Below are positions 11,417-25,105 of a stretch of DNA of 64,000 nt, in pieces. Below the pieces are notes generated by a model that saw only the letters and a program-made list of their open reading frames with translations, searched no databases and was not told the DNA's origin. Location: the NCBI GenBank assembly GCA_025201805.1, contig MU619320.1:84609-148608 (forward strand), read 5' to 3'. Origin of the DNA: Parasitella parasitica NRRL 2501. Taxonomy: Eukaryota; Fungi; Mucoromycota. Numbering within the stretch: position 1 is the stretch's first letter; every line of letters begins with the position of its first letter. The translations under genes and the position numbers were made by a program.

Positions 11417-13778
11417 ATGACCTTTGGTACGGATTTAAAGGTATTCCCGTGTGCTCTATAACAAAGGAAAAGCAGCAATTTTAACATGCAAAAAAAAAAA
11501 AAAAAAAGGATCAGGTGCCATCTATATTGAAATATGTGGGTGATGGCATCCACTCTTTGACGCAATTCCGCAACTTTATAAAAGAAAGAAGCAGCATCGA
11601 GCGTGAATATGCTCAAAAATTGGATGCGTTATCAAGAAAATATAAAACGACCAACAAGAAAACCAACAATATAGCCGACCAGCAAGACGAGTGGGATTGG
11701 GATGACACGTCAAGGTTTGCAAGTTGTGAGTTTTTTACTGATTGCAATGAAAAACTAAGCAACACCTCAGCACTACAGCTTCGGCTTGGTCTCATTTGCT
11801 TGATCAAACCACGCTGGTAGCAAAGAGCAGATTCTCCTTTGTAGACGAATTGAACAACGTGGTGGTTGATTCCCTCAGAGGCATTGCAGCTAGAAAAGAG
11901 GACTCTCGAAAGAAACATGCCGCTTTTTACCAAAAATTAAAAGCAGAAAGAGACAAAACCTATGCTGACAAAGACAAGGCCAAGCAGCTCTACGACGAAG
12001 CATGTGCAGAAATCGAAAACATCAGGGCCAAAATCAGCAAATCCAGTGGAGACGTAGATAAGCTGCAACGGCAACTAGATGCTTGTCTTTTGGATCGAGA
12101 TAATAAAAAGGTACTGTCTGTTTATAACGCTTTGTTTTTTTTTCTGCTAATTTTATAGCAGAATCTTTATCTACTGTCAATTAGCGTTGCCAATGCTGAA
12201 AGGGCGAAATATTTTGAAGATGATATTCCAATTTTAGCAGATGTAAGTGCTGCGTTAATTTTTATCTGGCCCCATCTGATAATTTATTGGTTCAGCATTT
12301 GCAAGAGTTGGATGCATCTCGCATTATTGCATTGAAGATTATTCTTAAAAATTACGTTGATATGGAAACAAAGTTATTGACGACCGTGCAAAAATGCCAC
12401 GATGACACATTGGAATCGGTTGAAAAGCTGGACCCCTCTATTGACGCCGGTGTTTTCATCCGCTCAGCTCTAGGCGCAGTGGAAGCTACTGAAAAGGCTG
12501 CGAATGTTACATTCACTTTTATGCCTTGGAATGGCGGCGCACATGCTGCGGAAACAATCATTGACAGGGATGATGACTTGACGTCGAGCGATTCTGCCGT
12601 CATTTTCCTCAACAACAAGCTAATCAAAAATCGCAAACAATTGAATATTTTGGCTGATGACTTGTCAAAGAGATCTACAGAAATGAGTCAGCTGGAATCG
12701 ATGGTCAAATCAATAGAAAACAAGGCTTCGCCTGATTATGATAAATCAAACGAGGTATAGTACGTATAGATGTAAATGACGGGTTCACTCATATTGAGCA
12801 TAGAAACTAATGGATGTCATCCGAGATATTACACTGTTATCAACACAAAAAGTGCGCGTAAAGAGCGAGATTGATTTAATTATACAAAATATTGGCGATG
12901 ATGGCCTGCGAGCAGAGAATCATGATTTCAAGGCATCATCTTTCACTATTCCAACCACATGCGATCTGTGTAATAGTACAATTTGGGGCCTATCGAATAA
13001 GGGGTTTACTTGTAGAGCTTGTGGATTCAACTGCCACGCCAAGTGCGAAATGAAAGTTGCTCCTAATTGCAGCAAGAAGAAAGGCCTGATCAATCCACAG
13101 CCTTCTCCATCTACTTTACAGCCTATCGGTTCTCGAGCTGTGGGACGGCAAGGAAGTATTGGCAGTGGAGGAGGATCTATTCGGTCTATCCCAACAAGCT
13201 ACTCTACAAGCAATTACAACGAACCGCCAGCCACTACTGCGGTTCCGTTGTCTAGCGCTACATCCACTTGTACGGATTATGCACGCTCTATGTACGCTTA
13301 CGATGCGCAAAATGCAGACGAATTAGACATGGCACAAGGCGATGTCTTGAAAATTGTAGTTCCTGACGACGGCACTGGTTGGATCACGGCACAGTTGGGA
13401 GAACGGGTTGGCTTGGTGCCTGCCAACTATGTTGAATATATCAGTCAGGGGAATGACACTGGATCGGCTGTACCTCAACACATACCAGCAGCAATACAAG
13501 AGGATTATTCGACTATTAATCCAGCCTCAATTGCCGCCAATACCCTCAATGAGACGAACGACATGCCTGCCCCTTTATCTTCATCAGCTGTAGCCATTTC
13601 CCCAATGGAAACAGTTAGAGCATTGTACGATTTTGAGGCTGTCAATGCAGAGGAATTAAATATTCGTCAAGGCGATATTATCACAGTGACAAAGAGAGAT
13701 GATAGCGGCTGGTGGGAAGGGACCCTGAATGGGCAGACTGGGATTTTTCCTTCCAATTATGTCGATGTTGACTCATAA
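11417..13778 (+). CDS. BZZ1: BZZ1-like F-BAR / C1 / SH3-SH3 endocytic adaptor
   Basis: MTFGTDLK start; F-BAR motif FIKERSSIEREYAQKL; C1 domain HDFKASSFTIPTTCDLC..C..C...CH..C; two SH3 domains (YAYDAQNADEL..GW..PANYV and ALYDFEA..EEL..GWW..FPSNYV). Confidence 0.92.
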
Positions 13779-14204
13779 ATCAGATGTGCTTTATTATAAC
13801 TTTGTAAAGTAAAGCTTTCAGTTTCACTAAAAAAAAAAATCCATCAGGATAAGTTTATTATGCAGATGTCCGAAAATATGATACATACCCATTCTTGGTA
13901 CAAACCTCTTGTAGCTATTTTAAAAAATGAAATTTATACAGTAGCTTAGCTTAGAAACTATGGTATGATTTTTTCCCATATTGAAAAATAAAGCGTGGCT
14001 CAGAGAGCATGTATCAGATTATTGGGATTAGCCTAGGTACGACAAGCAATCGATTGCCAGCTATCGGATGTAAAACCCTTTTTAATGCATTTCCATATAG
14101 TGCTAAAACGGGGGTTTGTGGCAACCTTTTGATTCAAACTATTTTTTATTTTTTCTTCTGTAGTTTTTCCATCTCTTTCCATTCACCAAAGTTTTTTTTC
14201 GTAA

Positions 14205-16377
<2,173 letters not shown>

Positions 16378-16523
16378 ATAGTGAGTGATTTGATTAAATA
16401 CTTTATTCTTTCTTGAAAAACACCTATGGATTTATTCAATAGTAATAATGATTCGATATTATGAGTGAGTAATATTAGCAAGAGTGCAGTGCTCTTTTGG
16501 GATTTAGTATACAGAATCTCGGA

Positions 16524-17723
16524 TTAAGCAGAGGTGACCACTGGTGTGGCAGGAGAAGCATCTTTATTTGTTATTGTCTCAGTGGCTGTAACACCAGTGG
16601 CAGCAGTAGTAGCAGCGTCAGTAGCAGCGTCAGTCGCTGCAGCAGCAGGAGCCGAGGTAATGTCGGGAGAAGCAGACGTTTCTTGAGCAACAATAGCAGC
16701 ACCGCCTTCATTAGCATCCTTGCTGCTATTGGCGTGCTCATCTGCAGCGGTTTCAGCTTTATCATTTGATTTCTGGTGTTTTTTGTTGTAGCTAGGGATC
16801 TTTTTGGCAAAGAATCCAGTTACACGGCGACTTAATGTAGGTGATGATGGATGTTCTTCAAGTTCGGGATCAACAACAGCGGCACTGGGGGTTTCTGATT
16901 CTTGCGTAGTGTTCACTTCTCGGCTATTATGCTCTATATAAGTCAAGCATTGTTAATTAGAATTCATTAAATTATAGTTATTAAAATTGCTACCTGTATC
17001 ACTGTGCTCTTCCTCCTTCTTTTTCGCGGCTCCACCAAACAATTTACTCAATAAAGATTGGCGTTTGTTGGTGTTACTGTGATTGGCCGATGCGGATGGC
17101 GTTTCTGCCTCATGCACTGCTGCATCGCCTTCGGAAGACGAAGAGGATGATGATGAAGAGGAGGATGTGGTCTTCTTTTCTTCACTGGTAACAACAGCAG
17201 CAACAGAAGCTTCTTTATCTTCAGTAGCGGACTGCTCTGAAGAAGTTCCAGCAATGTCTTTGATGTTGTTGTTGCTGGCCGTTTGCTACAGGGAGAGAAG
17301 AGAAGTTTTAGCATTAGAGACTTATTTTCGTGCGAGAGCTAGATTACTTACTTTGATCCTCGTGTACAAATTTCCCAAGCCTTTAGCAATCTTGTTCTCT
17401 GCCGTAACGACAGCGGCAGCTACTTTCTCTTCTGCATTTGCAATTTCTCTGGAAATATCTGCTGTGTGTGCTGGAGTCTCAGCGGCGGCCTCTTTTTTGT
17501 TAACTTTGAAAAGGTTGTTGAAGAGGGGTTTACGCTTAGCACTAGTGGGCTTTTCCTCATTGGGTGTAGCAAGATCTTCAGGGTTGTTGGCGGTAGGTGG
17601 CTCGATCTGAATACTCATAGTAGGCTCTTGTGCTTCTTTGGTAGCATCTGCAGCAACATTCTTCGCAGCAGCGGTGTTTTCAACAACAGCAGGTGTAGCA
17701 ATAGGTGGTACTTCAATGGTCAT
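16524..17723 (-). CDS. Ala/Thr/Glu-rich low-complexity hypothetical protein (3 exons)
   Basis: ATG 17723 (MTIEVPPIA); ORF pieces 17322-17801 and 16524-16946 joined through GT-AG introns; recurring basic-hydrophobic motifs. Confidence 0.7.
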
Positions 17724-17935
17724 TGTTGAGTAAATCAAGGGAAGAAAAGGGAAAGGAGAAGAAGAGACGACATGGATTGTAAATGTCTCGATATATACCA
17801 AGAAGATGATGAATTAAGGAGTGATAAAAAATCACTGCTTTGAGAGTTGTAACGTTAAAAATAACAAATAATTATACAACTTTCCTCATTTCTTGTTTGC
17901 ATTTGTTTACATCAAATGATAGATGTCTCTAAAGT

Positions 17936-17950
17936 NNNNNNNNNNNNNNN
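17936..17950. other. Assembly gap (15 N) followed by poly-A
   Basis: Run of N in the sequence. Confidence 1.
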
Positions 17951-19023
17951 AAAAAAAAAAAAAAAAAAAAAGTGGCTCTTTTGACCAGTCGCCGTAATAT
18001 ACAATTGTGATCAGTGATTTACATTCGCAAAAGACTCGATCTAGGCAATGCGATAAGAGGATGAATTGATGCTGGGGACCTCATCCAAACGATCGTTTGC
18101 TGCGTGCTTCTGTACAACCTGAATCTGCTATTTTTTTTTAGAGTGCCTTGATCTTCTGATTTCTTGACGTCTAATCTTCTAATGCATTTATACACATAAG
18201 GTCAGTTTTGGAGTAAAACAACAATACATGCTTTGCTTTTTACACACTTGATTTCTTTTTTTTTTTTTTTTTAGATATAACCAAATGCGACATCGATATG
18301 GTACACAGATTGATCGGAATTTGCCTCTGGGCATAACACTGCATATGTGCATAAGCTTACTGTATATGTAACCCTGAGCCTGAGAATACACGAATATATA
18401 GTAACCGTTATCAAAAAAAGATGCCATAAAGCCTTACATGGATAGATTGGTACATACATCATATTACATTGAAAAGATGTGCTTGGCTTATACTTTATGT
18501 ATGTACATACTCCATTCAGAAGCAAACATCAACTGCATCAAACAGAAAACATTGTAGCGAGAAACTAAAGCAAAATTTCAAACGAAATAGTGATAGTCAT
18601 TATCAAATAACTTGGGCATTTAGAGTTAAATCAGAACAGCAATGCTCAAAAGTTTTTGAAGGTTGTTAGAGCTTGGTAAAATTTCCAAATCATGGAACTG
18701 TTTCAATGAATGCCCTCACGATGCATGTTATATTACTTGGCCAATATATGGGCGGTTTGAAAATGAATACATCCGACGCACTCTACAATAATCGATCACT
18801 GCGAAATGCTTGCCTGGAATGTCTTGATAATGCGTATTTTATGGCTACAAAAAAGAAGACATTGGAAGGAGCTTATGGGGAATGTCGATGGGGGCAGATG
18901 TTTATATCTTCGAGCTAATTTTGTTTTGTTTTGTTTTTTTGTATGTCATAAAGAGAAGGATAATCATAGCTAATATACATAAGGATTAAATAGATAGAGA
19001 AAGAAAAAAAGAAAAGAGGCTGA

Positions 19024-22000
19024 TCAGCAGAAACAATACGATCGACTAGTCTTGTAAACGACGCCATCACCTCGTACCAACAATATCCTGATACTGTAGG
19101 GCATTCTAGGTTTTTTCTTATCAGCGCCGCCGCTACCATCATCGTCGTCTGCCTGCTGTTCGTTTGCCAACACATCATGGACTCTATTCAAGCCCACAGA
19201 TTGCAGCAGCTCTTCTCGAGAAGGCAGGCGACACACCAGCATTTCTCGACTGCGATATTCGGTAAAGGGAGCTTTGATATCGCCAAACCAGATCTGCAGA
19301 TCGCGAGTAAAGTTCTCTCCAGAGACTGTCATCATTGTAGACAGATTATAGTCATCGTCTTGCTGTTGAGCTGAACGTTGTTGTGCTTGATTCCGTTTGC
19401 TGGGGTCCATATAGTGGTCGTTGGAGATGACAAAATGCGTCAAGCATGGAAACGGTGTGCTCAAGGGTGCAGTAATTTGTTTCTCTTGCTGTTTGTTCTC
19501 GTCCAAATGTGGGGGTGTCCAGAAAGTGTACCTTGCACACTCTACAAGAAGAAAAATCAATACAAAAACCTCAATCTAACCTATTGCTCGTTCATTCGAA
19601 CCTGTGCCAACAATCGTCCACACGGCAGCATCTGATACATCTTCGGACCAGTACGCGCCAAATTCAGCCAAGGCCTGACCACTGTTAGGAGCAACGCTGC
19701 CTTTGCGGTTGGCCGTTGCTGATTTATCTTGGTAGGCAGCTGAAGGGGTAGAAATAGAGTGCGATCGTTGGGTAAGCATGCTGTGATGCACCGGTGATGA
19801 GTTTGGATGGGCTGATTTGTAGTGGGCGTCGTTTGAGCTACTAACACGACGTCGGGTGTTGCCAGAGCCATCTAAATTGCCCAAAGAGTTGTTGTACATT
19901 TGCTGCAAATGCGGGCTCGACATCATTCCCTGACTGGGCTGACCGTCCATCATGGAGACTCGTCTCTTGCGATTGTTCTGTTTCATGTTCGAATTTAAAG
20001 TGGCAGACAGGGCGCTTGCCGTAAAGTTGTAGCACTCAGCAGCAGCGGCAGCGGCAGCTGGATTGATGTTGAAATGAATGCCTTTAATGGGGCTTCTTTT
20101 ATCTGTTGTTTTGTGGGTTCCTACCAGGTCGTTCAAACAAGCAAGATAGGTCACTGGGCCTTTTGTCATTTGAGGCATCATGGAATTGGCGTCATGTTGC
20201 TGTAGCTGCTGCTGCTGCGAATGCTTTGCTGGGCTAATGTCAAAGTGATTTTGATACGTGCTATTGGAATGACTATAGCCGTTTTGGAAACTGGCCTCAG
20301 CTTGGTGTGCTTGGTGCTGAACGACATCATCATGCTGTACTATTTGCAGCGCAATTTTGTGTAGCTGGGATACCGGATCACCAAGCACTTCGTCACCGTA
20401 TTCACCGCCTCCAGAAAAGGATGCATCAAACTCTTTGGGGCAGCGAGCGCCTCCCACTACCATAGACGCTTTGTCTACTTTGCGGACAATCATGACAGGG
20501 CTGACAAGTCCAGTCGTCAGACACTGGAGGACAACGTGCTGATTATAGCGAATCGCTAGCGGTTGGTTTGTATTGTTTTTGAGGGCAATAGTAGGGGGAT
20601 TTGGGTAGGGTATTGTTGGAACGAGGCTGGGGCAGCCAATGTACTCATCGGCTCGAGATGTGCTGGTAGATTCGTGTGCATTGGCACTGTGAGTAGGATT
20701 AACGACCCAGATCACAAATGGATCCCAGGAACTCGTCCTTGCTACAAAGCAGGTATCTGTATTTGCTTGAGTGCCTTTTTGGCTCTGAAGTCTGCCAGGG
20801 TAATCGAACAACGAAGACTCTCCAGATGTAGAGGAAACACCTAGATATTTAGTCGACACGGTTTGCGAACGGATGCGATTGAATAACGAGACAGTTGTGC
20901 CATGGTAGATGCAAACTACGTGAACATTGCGTCAGACGGCGAATAGAATATGGCACAGTGTGTGTATACTTACGCTCAATATTCTTGACGCTTTGACGCT
21001 TTTTGCTAGGCTTGCTGATCACCTTGATTCCTCTGCTGGAAAGAGTGCCCAGCATAAGGCCGTTTGCAAGCTGGACTTTGATGAGACATTCGACTTTCTT
21101 TCGTTTTTCATCTGCGTCGTTGATGAAAAGTCGTTTGAGGACACAGCGACCGCCAGCAAGCGTTTCCTTTCGGCTATTTCGATACCAATCATCGTTAGCG
21201 TTTGCTTTGCTTTCGCCCGATGAGGTATTGTTTCGACTGCTAGTTTCAAGCGCATCAGTCGTTGCGTTTTTGTTGTTGCTTTTGTTAGCAGATGCAGCAG
21301 CAGACTGCGCTTTTGTAGTGTTTAATGCTCCACCTGTTTGGCCCACCATGGTGCCGGAGAGGGCGTACCACTCAATTCTTCCTGATTGCTGGCCAGATGT
21401 CTCACCAGATATGCAAATGTTCAGTGAAGGAGGCGCTCGGACGATATTGTCTTTATCGCAAAACAGGGCATCTTGCCGGTGCTCCTCGTTCTGTTGGCTA
21501 TTCAGCGAAGGAGGCGTCCACCAGCTCGAGCCAACCAGGATGGCGGTGGGCGGAGGGCATAAAAATCTAACATGTTTCTGTCAATTAATCTTTTGCCTTT
21601 GCAAGCGAGCAATTGAGAGCTACCTTTTTTCTGTGCCGTAGCTTTTCTGAGCAACTTTGCTCGTCATAATAATCACTGTTCGCTCTCCGGCTTCGAGAGG
21701 ATCGTCGGCATGGAGGTAAGCTTGAATGGCTGGTTTCATTTTGACAGCATTTACCATGCCCTGCATCATGCGCGAGGACACAGAAGAGCTGATGCGACTG
21801 GGTGTAGCGGATTGGAACTCAAAGAATGAAGTTTTGTTGGTGATCTCTTCAGGAACAGACGTGGCGGATGGTTGCTTGGTAACAAGCAGAGATGGAGTTT
21901 GAATATTCTGCTGTTGCTGATTATGCTGCTGTTGCTGATTATGCTGCTGTTGAAGAGCAGAAAGATTGGAAACCCTAAAAGCAGGAGTAGAAGAGCTGGC

Positions 22001-22846
22001 GGTAGTTGTCGGCGAAGAAGAAGCAGTAGATGTTGGAGAGAAGGCAGCGGTCAAATGAGAGTGCTGTGGATCATGGAGCAACAGATGAGGACTCGAAGAC
22101 TATATAAGAGTTATTTCTAATCGTGTATCTATCGTGAGAAAAAGAGCAGACATCTTACCATCAAAGACGAGTTCTCCTTTGGCTGAACGTAGTGCTCTTC
22201 TATTCCATCAAAATAGGGTATAATTGATCTTGAGCCATCATCATCGTTATCGTTGTTATGATTGAACGAGAATAAGTCATGGTGGTCCTACATGTGTATA
22301 AAGTTGGATTAAGCATTTTGGAGAAAGAGAGAGAAAGAGAGAGAGGGGGGGAAAAAAAGCAGCATTTACATTGAAATCAGATGTGGTATGATGGATATGA
22401 TTTGTTTCGTCTGCTGAATTATGATGATTTTGCTGGTTATGACAATTAGATGGCATGATGAGTCCATGCGAAGATGGGTCATCAAATGGCAAAAAGTCGA
22501 ATAGTGGATGAAAATTGCTAGCTGCAGCAGGAGCAGTGTGGTGCCTTTGGTGATGGTTATGGCTATAGTTTGGCACATTGTTTAGTATAGAATCTATGCT
22601 CTGGAAATGGGCTGAATTGTGATGGCTTGACCAGTCGTCGACTTCGGCGTTCTTGGGATCAGAGGGCAATGCTAATGCATCATTCAAATTGACAAGCTCT
22701 GGCTGGTTTTTGTCAAAGTCGTGGTGGAACTCATGTTGCTCCAGGTGAAGCTGCTTGCCATTGCTGTTCATCATTGCACTATTGCCGTTTTTTATTGAGG
22801 CTTTGGGCAAATGTTCAGTCAAAGAAAATGAATGATATTCTGACAT
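19024..22846 (-). CDS. Fungal CSL (CBF1/Su(H)/LAG-1) transcription factor, Cbf11/Cbf12-like
   Basis: KVAQKSYGTEKR|FLCPPP; IKVISKPSKKRQS; SLFNRIRSQTVSTKYL; HVVLQCLTTGLVSPVMIVRKVDK; DPVSQLHKIA; WTIVGT; IPT-type GENFTRDLQIWFGD..LLVRGDGVVY. Long His/Asn/Gln-rich N-terminus; start codon approximate. Confidence 0.95.
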
Positions 22847-23333
22847 TTCTCTTGCTCTTTTAAAATATACGAGCAATTATATCTTAAACTGATGGCCCTT
22901 GAAGTAATGATGTATACAACGAGGAAGAAAGCAAAAAAAAGATGGAAAGAAAGAGGACCTGAATTGATGGGAAAAAAAGAGTGCGGGGTGAAATATAGAG
23001 TGGGTACATCGACCTCTTCATTGGATCAAAAGCTGTATTTGAATATAGTACTTGTATATTTCGACAACTTCCGTTCGATGCGATACCTCTGTCAGTTATT
23101 GTCTGTTTTTATACACGGCTCACCTGACCAGAAATGTATCAGATGAACAAAAATAAACTCGAGGTACGGATGCGGTCTATTTTTTCATCTGGGGTTTGTT
23201 ATACAAACACCTGGGATTTGGACGTTTATTATTTCAATATTTTACCCCACATGTACGACAATGGAGGAATACACAAGGGAAAAACTGCTACAAACGCCCT
23301 CAGCATTGGAACACTATCCTCAGGAGCATACCA

Positions 23334-23981
23334 TTATTCAATTGGTCCAGCACCATCGATTGTGCCTAAAAAGTTACTCTTATTATTTTTGTGTAATCTT
23401 GGTCGTTTTCCATAAAAAAAAAAAAAAAAAAAAAACTACCTTGGTGTACGAATTCAAGAGTCGCCATTACTGTCTTCATGTCATGCTCCATGATCTCGGC
23501 CCAGTTTTTAACATCTCCCAGTTCCTGCGTTTAATCAGCAAAATTTCAAGCTCATTTTCTACAACATTGCGGCTTTGCTACCTTCAATGACATGTTGAAA
23601 TCATCTACCAATGTCAACCACTGCTGCGTCTGGCTAGCGTATTTGGTGGTTTGGTTGGCTAATTTTCTCGATTGCTGCTCCAGTTCTTTTTGCCTTGAAA
23701 ATATCTCTGTGACGCTTGCAAAACATGCATCAGTATATCGCATTTGATGTAGCAAGACCTGGATATATTACCCATCGTTGACGTATTCCGTTATTGAATC
23801 TGTTAGGGTGTTTGTAGCATGTATTGCATTTTTCTTTAACTGTTCTAGTGAAAATTGCAGCGAGTTGGCAGATGTTCTGAAGGTAAAGCATGTATATTTT
23901 TTTTTTTTTACCATTGTGTCTCTTTATCTCGCTCTGCTTCTCGTTGTGTGATTTCAAAAGCTGTGATAATGACTCTGACAT
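23334..23981 (-). CDS. BLOC1S1: BLOC-1 subunit 1 (BLOS1/GCN5L1 family), multi-exon
   Basis: Spliced: MSESLSQLLKSHNEKQ..VNDG|VTEIFSRQKELEQQSRKL..QWLTLVDDFNMSLK|ELGDVKNWAEIMEHDMKTVMATLEFVHQG|TIDGAGPIE*. ELGDVxNW..E.DM is the GCN5L1 signature. Confidence 0.88.
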
Positions 23982-24609
23982 GGTCTGTTTATGTATGTGT
24001 TTTGCTTGCTAGTATATAATGAAAAAAAAAAAAAGAAGGGATCTGTGCAATGGGATGGTGTTAACGCGCGTTTTCCGCTGGGATACAAATAGAGTGTGCT
24101 CACTTTTCTGGAGGGATGGCTAGCTGTCCACATGAAAATTTTCTATAAATGGCTGTTCTACATTCAAACATCCCATCAGCTTAGCTGTCCACATTTTTTC
24201 CAAGATGACAGGTAGAGTGCAAGGTGGAAAATTTAAAACTGGCTGGTTTGAACAGCTTGGAAGCAGAGAAGATGATCCTTCTTATAATACTTTCCAGCAA
24301 TTTATTACGATACACCTGTAGACGACAGTTAGGCTCATCAAATGCACAATAATCCATCAATGCGTCAACTACCCTAATATTGTATTTAATTGCGAGAAAA
24401 TGTATAATCCACAGGCTATTTTTGCAAAGCTAAAAGCTTCCTGATTTCTCCTACAACAAGTATTATAGACCACATTGCATATTGGATATCACACTTTGTA
24501 ATCATCAGTGTCATTGTTTGTTAAAACATCTACTCTTTCTCACCAATTTAACTGCTCGGAACCAAACCATCTGACAGTGACGATGTGGCAACCTGGCGGC
24601 TCAATTATA

Positions 24610-24783
24610 TGTTGAATTAAGAGGTATTGCTGTTGCCACGAGTTCCAACAATCTCTTTATGATGCTCGCTTTTTTTTAGTGGTATTGCCATTTACCAAGT
24701 ACTCCAAGAAAGAGTTTGCCAAGCTACCTTTGCAAATGCTAGCTACAACTAATAAATATGGCGCTCTCAAAAACTGTCTGTTT
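24610..24783 (+). pseudogene. Inverted partial duplicate of the MFS transporter coding sequence (matches 25322-25509)
   Basis: Contains tattgctgttgccacgagttccaacaat..tttatgatgctcgct..ggtattgccattta..aagagtttgccaagctacctttgcaa..atatggcgctctcaaaaact, the MFS sense sequence on the opposite strand, with scattered substitutions and a ~14-bp deletion. Confidence 0.93.
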
Positions 24784-25105
24784 CATAAACATTTAATAAC
24801 GCCATATACAATTACTACTATTTGCAATGCGAAAGAGCAAGTTTCGAATGTGCCGAAATCAGTTGTATCTCTTTTTTTTTTCTTTTTTATTTTGCCACAT
24901 TATTTAAGCTTTGTAAATTATTATATTGGAATTGAAAAGGAGGTGGGAGTAAAAAATATATATGTGCATGTGCATACTAATACAGTAAGTTAAAAAATGT
25001 TGATAAAAAAAGTACAAGTTGTTGAAATTGAGAAGAGAACTTGAATAAATACAAGAAAATGAGAATACAGTATAATTTGTTAGTACATAAATTTGAGATG
25101 CTGCT

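Noticed and set aside
17083-17610. 175-aa + strand ORF (also 21003-21641, 32851-33423 and 37033-37539)
   Set aside because: Shadow ORFs opposite real genes.
24679-24993. 104-aa ORF containing KKEFAKLPLQ
   Set aside because: By-product of the inverted MFS fragment; GTG start and runs into unrelated sequence.
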